Shown: positions 1 to 10,581 of the stretch, piece by piece
How the letters are laid out: every line of letters starts with the position of its first letter
Numbering within the stretch: position 1 is the first letter of the stretch
NCBI GenBank assembly: GCA_028534125.1
Contig: CM052817.1
Coordinates: forward strand, 33,606,001-33,670,000
From: Lama glama
Lineage: Eukaryota
DNA length: 64,000 nucleotides
Direction of reading: 5' to 3'
Translations under genes and position numbers: made by a program
The notes under the pieces: generated by a model
Told to the model about the DNA's origin: nothing
The model's input: the letters and a program-made list of their open reading frames with translations, nothing else
The model's database searches: none

Positions 1-39
1 TGACCTAACAGTTTCTAAAGACCCAGGCAGAAAGCTGAA

Positions 40-620
40 CTTGCACTGCGATGAGCGCTGCACTGAATGGGCGGGAGCGAGCAGCTGAGAGGCCGGCTGG
101 AGGCGACGCACCTCGCCTACGCATGCGCTGTCACATGCCACCTTCACTCACACACACTCACACTCGTGCATGCGCACCTGGCACGGTGAGGATGCTGTGC
201 CTAGGTTTGGATGCCGGTATGCTTGAAGTTTGGGGGCTGTTGCTGATGGAGGTATTTTCAGACTGTGGGTTCAATGCGATCTCTTAGAATCGCTTCGTTT
301 TCCGGTAATAAGTTAACCAGGGAGAGGGGAAGACCGTGACCCAAACAGGGAGACACGCCAGGAAGGAGTAGATTGCAGTTCCTTCCCCGGGGGAGCCAGA
401 GCACAGGGGGGAAGAGCGGACACGCCCGGAGCGCCCGCGCCTTCTCAGAGCCTATATACCCCCATCTAGGAAGCGGCTTCTCGGGGGGGCTTCGAGCTTC
501 TGCCTCATTTGGCTTCACCCAGACCTGGGGAGGGGGATGACTGAACACGGACTTCCGACTGGCCCTGGCCGCGCGGTCCGGGCTCCTTCGCGCAGTCCCA
601 GGAGACGCAGAGGACACAGC
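40..620. promoter_or_regulatory. CpG-rich element with NRF1-like motifs
   Basis: CpG-dense, with CGCATGCGC (~120-128) and TGCATGCGCA (~167-176). Confidence 0.45.
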
Positions 621-790
621 ACAGGGAGCTGTAGGCTAGGATGAAAAGAGGGGCAGGGTCTTAGCGTTAAAACGTCCTCAGTTTGAATCCTCCCTCTGCC
701 ACTTCTAAGCTATGTGGCCTTGAACAAGGTGCATAGCATCTCTGAGCCTCAGTTTTCCTATATGTAAAGTGAGGGATTAAGTTATTCAGC
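620..790 (+). mobile_element. MIR SINE fragment
   Basis: MIR core: TTTGAATCC..CTCTGCCACTT..AGCTATGTGGCCTTGAACAAG..CTCTGAGCCTCAGTTTTCC..TGTAAA. Confidence 0.7.
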
Positions 791-1329
791 AATTATTTCA
801 CTCCTTATATGTTCCACTTCTGGGCTGGATGGTTTATACACACTGGATAATAAAAGAGACCCAGTTTCTGCCCAGTGAGGCTTGCAGTCAACTGGGGTAG
901 GTACCCAACCAGCAATGAAATAAACCAGCAAACATATGTATTGATTAGGATTAAGGATTCTGAAGTAAAAATATAAGATGTTGCTTTCACCTACCCTCAA
1001 TGTCCTTCAGCACTTACTATGTTCTGGGAGCAAGTGGATAAAAGCAATCACATTCCTTCCCTACCACATCCTAAGTCCAGTGTGTGCCCTTTCTGTCATA
1101 AGGGCCTTTGTGATCTTCAATATGTAAGAAACCATATTAACCAAGGAGTGGACCATAAACAAATGAGAAATAATAAAAGTACCTACCTCACGGGGTCATT
1201 GTGAGAAATTAAGGATGCATTAATGGCTTAATTCGTGGCTGAGCACATAGCAGCTGCTCAAAAAATGCTAGATATTATTAGATGGTGTCGCCTAGTGCCT
1301 AGGACTCTGGATTCTACATTTATTCTATA

Positions 1330-1530
1330 GACAAGGTCTGAATCCTGGCTGTGGCATATCTAGCTGTGTGACCTTGGATAAGCCTTTGAACTTCAGTAAG
1401 ACTCAGGATTCTCATCAAGAAACAACCATAAAAATGGTGCTTTATCTGGTAGGGCAGTTATGCAAATTAAATGAGGTCTTGTAGGCAAGGCTCCTGATTC
1501 AGGGCAAGGCACCGTGAGAGCTCTGGAAAT
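1330..1530 (+). mobile_element. MIR SINE fragment
   Basis: CTGAATCCTGGCT..TAGCTGTGTGACCTTGGATAAG..ATTAAATGAG. Confidence 0.65.
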
Positions 1531-1619
1531 GATGGCTATGAAGATTGTCATAGCCTCCAAAGGCATCGGTTTCCTCCTCTCTGAAAAAAGTCAGCAAAGC
1601 TGGCCAAAGAAGCCTTGAA

Positions 1620-2380
1620 ATTTAGGGCGCAGTCCCAAATGGGGACTGCCAGGACGCAAGGCCTTTGATGGAGCTGGAGAATGGGAGGGGACGAGGTTCT
1701 CCTGGCAGGTTCGGGTTAATGCACCTGCCAAACGGGGACAGGTACGCCCAGAAACCAAGGACTAGGAAAGCCGCCGGGCTGGGCGCCTTGCCAGGCTGCG
1801 GAGGGGCCTTAGAGAGCAAAATGCAGCCGGGAAGAGCAGTGCCAGGGCAGAGAGGTGATTGGAAACAGGCTCCGGTTTCCTGGTTACTCACTACGAAACC
1901 CGGGGCTCTGGTACCTCATTCCCAAGCCTCAGAGCCCCTGGAGCGGCAGGTCGCAGATAATAACAAAAACAAGAGACGCCATGAGCTCTTACCAAGCACC
2001 AAGCCCGGTGCTAGGCAGTGCTTAATTCCTCGCAAAGACTCGAAAGCGGCGTGCGTTTTTCCTATTTCACAGCTGCAGAAACAGATTCTTCTACCCATCT
2101 CCCTGTCTCTTTTCAGTTCTTGCAATTAGCCAAGAGAAACTCTTACCGACTTTTGTGCCCGCCCTTCGGTGGCCCGACACATTCCCCATCCCCCCCGTCG
2201 CAGGCCAATATCCGGTTGTCCTGCAGGTCACTTTAGACTTCGGTTTTATCCACTCCCAGAGCCGCGAGGGCTTTTCTTTCATATTCACGCGACCTTTTGT
2301 AATTCACCAGCTCTGAGTTGATTTGTCGATTTGCTTGACACACTGGAAACTCCCAGCGGATGCGTCATGTGCAACGGAAT
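1620..2380. promoter_or_regulatory. CpG-rich upstream element
   Basis: Elevated CpG in non-repetitive sequence; CRE-like TGCGTCA at ~2361. Confidence 0.35.
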
Positions 2381-5300
2381 TGCCTGTCAGGGAGCCTGGC
2401 ATACAGTAGGCACTCAGTACACACCTTCAACAATGATTAACTGCTGAATGAGGCTCGGAGAGGTGGTTATTCTCATGGATAAGGGAGGGTAGGATTTATC
2501 CATTATTTCTGAACCCTCACCTGCATCAGAACCATGCAGAAAGTTTGCCATGGTTTTTTATTTGTTTGTTTGTTTGTTTTAATTTAAGCTTTCATTAAAT
2601 TAAAATTTCTAGGGCCTCTGTACTCTCCAGGTGATTTTTGTAGATGACCAAGGGTGAACACCACAAAGGCCAGATTGCTAAAAATTATTAAAGTTCGCTC
2701 TTTTTGGTAACTTTTGAAAAACCTGTCTTGAATCCCATTACTAAGCAGCTATTTAGGCCCAATGGTTTCAGCAAACTTAGGCCAAGGGGAGTGGAGAATT
2801 TGTGTTCATTCAGCCTCCCCTTACACTCCCATGTCCCTGCTTCTAAACAAGGGAACACTACCAACTTTGAAAAACGTAGTTTTAAAAAAATGGCAAGCAC
2901 CAAGAGAACTGGAGAGGGACGGAGGTGGAGCATTTGCTTCAATTATCCGGATAATTGTTCCCCATCTCAGACCATTGTTACTAAAATGAAACAATATTCT
3001 ATTGGATACAGTCTTGGCCTTTTCAGGCTTGCTCCCCTGTGGCGTCTCGCACACGCTGGGCACTGAGTTGGCGCCCAATAAATTTTATTCTGATGACAGA
3101 GGAGAGCTTTAAGGGTCGGGGAGGGATGCCTTGTTAGGCTTAAGGATTTGGGGGTGGGCGAATATTAATTAAGGTGAAGTGGGGAGCAGAGGCGTGGTGT
3201 GGTGGAGATTGGGTACCATCAAAACTTTGTTCGGAGGGCCCTGAAATTCTCAGCCAAACTCCCCACTCCTTTCCCAGAACCTCCCCCCACCCCTTCTTCT
3301 GCGAGGGCCGAATTGAACTCTGTGCCTGTGGTGAGCACAAAGGCGAATTCACGTTTCTCAAAGGCCCATCCATTCTGAATAAACATGGGGGAGAAGCAAG
3401 ATCATTTTTGGTGATGGGTGAACACAAGGCCACAACTCCATGGACCGGCCTGCTGCACCACGCATTAAAAGTAACTGTACTGGGGCAGCTTAAGGGACAG
3501 CGGGTGCCTGAGCCCCTCACCACTCAGCCAGCACAGGAATGTGAGGACTGACTTCCAACTGCCCCTCTTTCATCCCGACTTGCGGCTTTTCAAGGGGAGC
3601 TTGGGTTCTCTATGAGTGTGTATTTGCTAATTGCAGTCTCCGCTTTAATGAGATTCTTTAACTCTCCCAAGCCCGTCTGCAGGTTACAGCCTTATCTGGG
3701 GACCCTCGTTTTCCACCCTTACTACACATCCCGTGAACAATTGCCTTGCCGGCTCCTGAAAAGAGAGCGAGCGCCCCATTTCTGCTGAATGAAAGTCTCC
3801 GTTCATCGAAAGCTGGCGGGCTTTTGATGGCCACAATGCAAGTTACGCCCAAAGAGTGTCTCTTTGGTCAGATCGACAACGCTTGGCTTCACGTTTGCAA
3901 GTTAAACGGGCAGAAACCCGGCTGAAACTCCCACGCCAGACGCCAGGGACATTTCCCTCCGCCCTGCTCAGAGCCGAACTGGGGAATGGGTCCTGGCAGG
4001 GGGAGGAAAGTAGGAGTCGGTTGTTAGAAGGGTGAGCAGGGAAAGAGTCCTGATTCTCAGCCACCATCTACAAGAAGGTGGGAGGCAGTTTTCTTTGGCA
4101 TTTCCCTTATTTATATATGTATTTTTTTCATTTTGCTTTGTTGGCAGCTTTACCCACACCAAAAAAAAAAAATCAAATGAGAGTGTTTTTTCCTTGTCTT
4201 CGCCTAGGTAGCTGCTTTTCTCCAGTCCCTGAAAATGTGACTCCTTCATAAAACCAAAATTTATGATTATTCAAATGTTGGGGACTGTGAAAAGAGAGGA
4301 AGAAAGAGAGAAAATTAATATTGCAGCTGTTCTTCTGATTAATGAGAGATAATTGCTCATGAAAAGTCACCCCTGTGGCATTTTGTTGTCTCCTGGATCT
4401 TTGTTCTTTTCCACTATTATTGAGGACTTTCTTGAAGACTAAGCGGTTCTTTTCAATTTTGGGGTATTCAGAAAGGGTTGCCTGGTTACAGAGAATGGGG
4501 AAATCTCGGGCTATATCGGGTAAGATGTGCCACAGACAGCAATATCACAATGCCACTCGGAGAAAAGGATGGATACAAGTTAACGATGCGCTTTCAATAA
4601 AACATTCATAGACTTGTTCACGCTTTGATAATGACCTCATTAAAGGGAGCTGGGGGCAAGTAAGTCCTGTCTCCTGTTTGTGTTCAGCTAACAAAACCCA
4701 GCTTTGAGATCATTCATCGCTTTGGAAACTAATATGAAATCAATGTAAGAGGAGCAAATAAATCCGAGGCGGCCGGGCAACTCCCGGCTGTCCTGCCCTG
4801 CTTGCCGGCCTCCTCCACTTGGAGCAGGAGAACCATGTGGGCAAACGCTGGAACTGAGAGAAAAAAGGACCAGGGATGGGGGGTGGGGGGGCGCCCTTAG
4901 GGGGCACAGAGGGAGGGGCAAACTGTGCCCCCTAAGGGCTCCCTTAGCTCCCCCCAAAGTGGTAAGCACATCAGTGGGTCAGAACTCTAGGGCTTGTGGA
5001 ACAAGTAATGCTTAGTCCACACACTCTTCTTTCCCTGACTTTGCCTGTAAAAGGAAACAGGAAGAGAGAGATGGAGAGGAGAATGTGAGGTTCAGGTCTG
5101 GTGTGATCCTAGGTGCAGAAAAGTACTGAAAGGCTTTCTGAAAGCAACATTCAAGAATTCATATCTCAAGGCTGAGCTGCGAGGAAACTGCTCATCCAGA
5201 CTTCAGAGGCAAGAAAATGGTACCTCTGACTGCTTTTAATTTTTTTCTCAGTTGAGGGTAAGGGTGGGGTGTCCTGACAGGAGTGGGGGTTGGTGGGGGA

Positions 5301-6306
5301 CAATTCTGTTCCCTTCACATTTGTGACATCATCTTGCACTCAAGGAAGACAAAGCTATCCTTCGTCAGCTCCAGCAAGAGAGGGAAAAAAAAATCAAAGC
5401 ATCCTCCCCCCCCACTTGAAAGAACTAATTTTCTCCTTGAATTATGAAAGTAATGGCTTAGGTAACAGCCTGTACTCTGTACCCGACTGCTTAATACCGA
5501 ATAAATCCTTCCACGTGGCTCCCCGAGTCGTGGCAATTAGAGCTCATTATAGGCTCATAAGAGCTCTCATTTCAGGGATTACTTAATGGACGATGAAATT
5601 TTATCGGACAGAATCACTGAGAAATAAAATTGGGTGGCAGCAGGGGCACAAGGGGGGCATGCTGACGGCCTGCCCAGGGTCCCTTTCTGCTCTGAATTGG
5701 TTGGAGGTGTGCTGTCCTCGGGAAGGGTAGGGCTGGGAAGGGCCAGCCACAAAGCTACCCAGGACCAAGGTGGGGTGGGGCGGAGATGATGGCAAGGCAC
5801 ATAGGGGGAGCTTCTGATGATGGAGCTGAAGTGGAGGAAAGGAGAGGGGAGAGAGAGAGAGACACTGAGAGATCCAAAAAGAACTAAAGAGTCTGAGAGA
5901 CTCCAAAGTGGAATGTGACCCTAAATACTTAGCCTTGGTGGGCTTAAGCAATTAACCAAGAATTCTAATAGACAAATTTCTCAGAACATGGTCTGCTTTC
6001 AGCCTCAGTTTGGCCCCAAAACTGCTGCTCCCCTTGCAGCCCTAAGCAACCCCACGGGCCTCTCACTTTTCTCAAAATTTCTCAGCCCACCAACTGGATG
6101 TTTCTGCAGTCAGACATAAATTGAGTTAGATGTTAAAGCTTCGTAATTAGGATTCTCTAAAATCCAATGATCCTCACAGAAGCATAACTCCTAGCACATT
6201 AACATAGGAGTTCTTCCTTCAAGCACAACTAGAACCACTGCGGATATATATTATATAAAGTGAATAAATACATATAAATATATACAATTTTAAGTAAAAA
6301 AATTAC

Positions 6307-6327
6307 ATATATATATATATATATATA
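6307..6327. repeat. (AT)n microsatellite
   Basis: About 10 AT units read directly. Confidence 0.9.
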
Positions 6328-8089
6328 GACTTGCAAAGTGAATGAGGAAATCACATCACCTGTTTGGACAATTGAGGCTTGTAAAAATATCCTGCCATTA
6401 AGCACCTCTCAGTGGTTGAGCTCCCAGTCTTCTTTTTGAGGCTGGAATGATTTGGGTACTTCCCAGATTCTTCTGATTGAGTGAGGGTGGACTGGGTTGA
6501 GGCTGAGTGCCTGCGATGGCTGCAGCGGCCAATCTTGTGGTATAAAAGTAGTTACAGCTGAGCTGCCCTGAGTTAAGCCCTGAGACTCCTTAATTGTTGT
6601 CACAAGATGTTGGATTAGCACATTTCTGGAATAGCTGTCTGTTTACACTCTGGAGACCCACCGTCCACTAACCGCTTTCTAATTGAATTCTAATCACATT
6701 CAAATAGCTCAATAACCAGCCTCAGCTGCAATTCATAAAACTTTAATTGCCATCCATAAATCCTGGGCTCCCCAGAGCGGGGCGTCCCTACAACTCAATT
6801 ACACTTCTCTTGCAGGCAAGAGAGACAGTCACAGAAATGGAAAGGGAAAAGGAGAAACAGAAAGACAGAAGACAGAGAGACAACCATGCTGCCGGCTGAG
6901 AAGCTGAGGCTCCCCTAGGATTTGGGCACTTGGTTCTCGCAGGTGAAGGGAGTCCTGTCCCCAAGTTTCTTAGCACCATTGTGATCTGAGGCCTGGAGTT
7001 AGCTGTTCTGGGAAAAGATTGGACTTGTAGCTTTTGCTCACCCTCCCTGCTTCAGCCAGTTCTATAGGGTAAAGAAGAGAAAGCTGTCACTTCTGCAGCA
7101 TTGCCTTCCCCCAAAGACCAATGTCTCCTATGTGGGCAGCCACCCTCTCTCACATAGCCACTGGTACACCAGTCTTCCACTGGAGCTTGTGCCACTCAGA
7201 GAGGTTTCCTTTACCAAGCCACTTCACCCATCCCAAGGCAGGATTCACTGAGAAGCTCAATTCCCTTCAATCTTTTTGGGCTTTAAAAAGGGTGCATAGG
7301 GGAGAGTGCTTCATGGTTAGTCTGCTAACTGCCTGAGATCTGTAAAATGCAAAGGGGCAGGAGATCACGGGATCCAAAGCAAAGGCTTCTCTCAACCCCT
7401 GCCCAGTCTCCAGAAGGGCCGAGGTTCGGTCCTCTCCCCAAAATCCATGGGATGAGTTTGTAGGGTTGGAAATACAGCAGTAGAACCACTTGGAGAAAGA
7501 AAGAGTGACCCTTCAATGTCTCTCTCTGCCAAAGGGGGAGTTTCAGGTTAGAAAGAGGTACAAGAAAGCTTCCTTGATCTGGGTGGCCCCAGGGAAGGCC
7601 CCAAGTGCAAGGGCATTTTAGAGATTCTCAGGCATCAGAATGAAAAGCTCAGCAGCTTCTTAGCTGGGAGGCTTCACTGTTAGGCCCCCATCCCTCATTC
7701 CTAACCACCTGAATGACCTTGGCCAAGTCCAAAAGCTGGGGGACTCTGTATGTGGGAATGTGTGTAGGTGTGTGTGTGTGTCCACCGCACTCACAATCTT
7801 CCCCTAAACCGCAGGCCTCACACTATACCTTGCCTTATCCACGACTGACACAGAGGAGCAGGGAGTTCTGGGCATTCCTATTAAAAAGGCCGCAAAGTCC
7901 CCACCTGGTGCCCTTTGCGGCCCGGCGCAAGAAAGAGTTGGGTTGGGGCCCAGGTTAGGGAGAGGGGTGGGATGGAGGATGCAGCTCTGTGATTTCTCGA
8001 GAAAGAGGGGGAGGAGGCTGGCCTCCCCGCGAAATTAACAAAACCTACACTTTGCAAAGTCTCCCCCATCCCCCTCCTCCGAGTTCTTC

Positions 8090-8260
8090 CCTGCCGCGCG
8101 CCCGCCCCTCCTCGCCGCTTCTGTTGTGACTCGGGCAGCCTATCCCGAGGGTGGGGAGCTGCCGAGGAGCCTGAGCCGAGCGGTACTCCGCAGCATCACG
8201 TGTCGGGGTGGGGGCTATAAAATCTCGTAGCTGGGGCGTCGGGCGGGGGACGTGAGGACC
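8090..8260 (+). promoter_or_regulatory. GSX2: GSX2 core promoter (E-box, TATA, GC boxes)
   Basis: CACGTG at 8197-8202, TATAAAA at 8216-8222, and GC boxes CCCGCCCC (~8101) and GGGCGGGG (8241-8248), all about 200 nt upstream of the ATG inside a CpG island. Confidence 0.7.
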
Positions 8261-8426
8261 AGCCCTCTCCAGGGACCCCTTTGTTCGCAGCCTAGACGCC
8301 GACACCTCCGCGTCCCCAAGGGCTTGACCGCCTGCGTCCGCACCGCGCCCGGGGCAGAGCTCAGGACAGGAGAGGGGAGGGGGCTCCACGGCTGGCCGGG
8401 CCCTCTATCTGCCCACCCTTCCCGAC

Positions 8427-8985
8427 ATGTCGCGCTCCTTCTATGTCGACTCGCTCATCATCAAGGACTCCTCAAGGCCCGCGCCCTCGCTGCCTGAGCC
8501 GCACCCCGGGCCAGATTTCTTCATCCCGCTGGGCATGCCGTCCCCGTTGGTGATGTCTGTGTCCGGACCAGGCTGCCCGTCCCGCAAGAGCGGCGCGTTC
8601 TGCGTTTGCCCGCTCTGCGTCACTTCGCACCTGCACCCCTCTCGGGGGCCCGCGAGCTCCGGCGGCGCGGGCGCAGGGAACGGGAGTGCAGGGGCTGGGG
8701 GTGGCGGGGCGGCTGGAACCGCCGGGGCCCTGCCTCTGCTCAAGAGTCAGTTTTCTTCAGGTTCTGGGGACGCTCAGTTTTGCCCGCGCGTGAGCCACGC
8801 GCACCATCACCACCACCCGCCGCAGCACCACCATCACCATCACCAGCCCCAGCAGCCTGGCTCGGCCGCCGCCGCGGCGGCGGCGGCCGCGGCGGCCTTG
8901 GGGCATCCGCAGCACCACGCACCTGTCTGCACCGCCACCACCTACAACGTGGCGGATCCGCGGAGATTCCACTGCCTCACCATGG
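8427..8985 (+). CDS. GSX2: GS homeobox 2, coding exon 1 (SNAG-like N-terminus, poly-His, poly-Ala)
   Basis: ORF begins MSRSFYVDSLIIKD... and includes SRKSGAFCVCPLCVTSH, HHHHHPPQHHHHHHQPQQPGS(A)11LGHPQHH and ADPRRFHCLTM, all characteristic of mammalian GSX2. Phase-1 donor G|GTAGG at 8985/8986. Confidence 0.97.
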
Positions 8986-9686
8986 GTAGGGCGGGGTCTC
9001 TGGGCACCTGCGCGCCGCGCGGTGCGGGATCCCGGGAGCAAACTTTCTGCCTCCAGTGGAGGAAGTGGGAGCCCGGGGGGGCGGGGTGGGGAGGGAGGAG
9101 GGGCTTTTAGTGTATCTGTGGAGTCATTCCCAGAAGTTCCACGAAAATGGAAGTTAGTCTGCCAGCCTCTCCGAGCAGCCTGGTACGCCTCACTCCCAGT
9201 ACCTGGTGCCCGAGTTTTGTGTAATACCGGGGCCCTTGGGACTTCGAACTTGAGGGCTGAGGGCTGAGAAACCGCAGGTTAGCTGGCTGAGGTCCGGGGT
9301 GGGTGTTTGAACTTAGGTGTGGCATTCTGGCGTCGGGGCTGGATAAAAGCGCTTCGAGGTTTTGACTAAGCCTCCCTGCCTTTCTGCTAGGCTTGAAGAG
9401 AGATGACCGGACAATGTAACGCCCCCCCCCCCCACCCCGACCCCAAACTTAAATCCTCTGACTTTAAGTCCCGAACATCAAAGGCCTTCACTTGCTTTGG
9501 GCGCCTCTCCTTCCCAGCTAAGTAACGATGTGTCTTGAAATGAGAAACTGTGAGGGATGGATACAGGTGTTCGGTTGAGCTTCGCAGGTGGTTCCTTGAG
9601 AGGCATGCGTTGCAAAGGATGGCACGTGGGGTAGGAGCACCTCTCCCGAAAATTACCTCTCTTACCCTCTCTTCGCCTGTCTGCAG
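8986..9686 (+). other. GSX2: GSX2 intron (701 bp, GT-AG)
   Basis: GTAGG... at the 5' end and ...CCTGTCTGCAG at the 3' end; the reading frame is preserved across the junction. Confidence 0.95.
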
Positions 9687-10027
9687 GGGGCTCGGACGCC
9701 AGCCAGGTACCCAACGGCAAGAGGATGAGGACGGCGTTCACTAGCACGCAGCTCCTGGAGCTGGAGCGGGAATTCTCTTCCAACATGTATCTGTCTCGAC
9801 TCCGGAGGATTGAAATCGCCACGTACCTGAACCTGTCGGAGAAGCAGGTGAAAATCTGGTTTCAGAACCGCCGGGTGAAGCATAAGAAGGAAGGGAAGGG
9901 CACGCAGAGGAACAGTCACGCGGGCTGCAAGTGCATAGGCAGTCAGGCGCACTACGGGCGGTCCGAGGATGAGGACTCCTTGTCGCCGGCCTCGGCCAAC
10001 GATGACAAGGAGATTTCCCCCTTATGA
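9687..10027 (+). CDS. GSX2: GS homeobox 2, coding exon 2 (homeodomain ~9716-9895)
   Basis: Polypyrimidine tract plus CTGCAG acceptor at 9685-9686. Splicing restores ...[73 protein letters not shown]...DKEISPL*. Joined CDS is 559+341=900 nt = 299 aa + stop. Confidence 0.97.
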
Positions 10028-10575
10028 AGGAGGGCCACCCCCTCTCGCCACATGCTCCGGGCATCCCCAACAGCGCCCGAGGAGGCGGATACCAGCGGCC
10101 AAAACCCTCCCCCTTTCGGGGGGGGGGGTCCCACCTGGAGAAGGTGTAGACAAGCATTCCGGGGGGTGTACATGCTGGGCCTGACCCTCCACGTCTCCTC
10201 CTTGACCTATCTGTTTGTGGCTCCACTCGCAGTTATAGATCTTTTTTTTTTAATGTAAATAATCTAGATTCAACTCAGTCTTGTCATATAACAAAGAAAA
10301 ACAGGGTTGGTTTAACACTGTATGGGGTTTTTTTGAAAGCGCATGTCATTTTCTTTTCCCTGCTGTCTTTCAGAACCTGATAAGAACACCAGGTTTCTTG
10401 ATTATTTTTTGTTGTTAGTTTTTTTTTAATGAAAGTATTAAGTTGCAAATAACTTAGAAAATTAAACCCTGTAGGTCTTGCTTTCTAAAATTTTCCTGGG
10501 GACAGTTTGAAATCCAAGGTGCTGGAAGTCCCTTTGTGAATAGTTTTATATAAAACTTATATTTATATTTATTTA

Positions 10576-10581
10576 AATAAA
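10576..10581 (+). terminator. GSX2: GSX2 polyadenylation signal
   Basis: AATAAA ~550 nt after the stop codon, preceded by AU-rich sequence and followed by GT/T-rich sequence (GGTTTTTAATTTGTGGTATTTG). Confidence 0.75.

Larger units (their letters stand above)
7900..10150. promoter_or_regulatory. CpG island over the GSX2 promoter and gene body
   Basis: High GC content and dense CpG across the promoter, exon 1 and exon 2. Confidence 0.85.

Noticed and set aside
3028..3046. CTCF-like motifs (also ~17398 and ~60025)
   Set aside because: Each deviates from the core by an indel or several key positions and cannot be supported without a PWM scan or ChIP.
4338..4355. TAAT pair as a GSX2 dimer site
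   Set aside because: The spacer is 6 bp (TAAT-GAGAGA-TAAT), not 7.
8427..9110. 227-aa unspliced ORF as a standalone protein
   Set aside because: It is GSX2 exon 1 reading into the intron; the donor at 8986 gives the homeodomain-containing product.
8441..10226. Overlapping antisense and alternate-frame ORFs across GSX2
   Set aside because: Expected shadow ORFs in GC-rich coding DNA, with no independent evidence.
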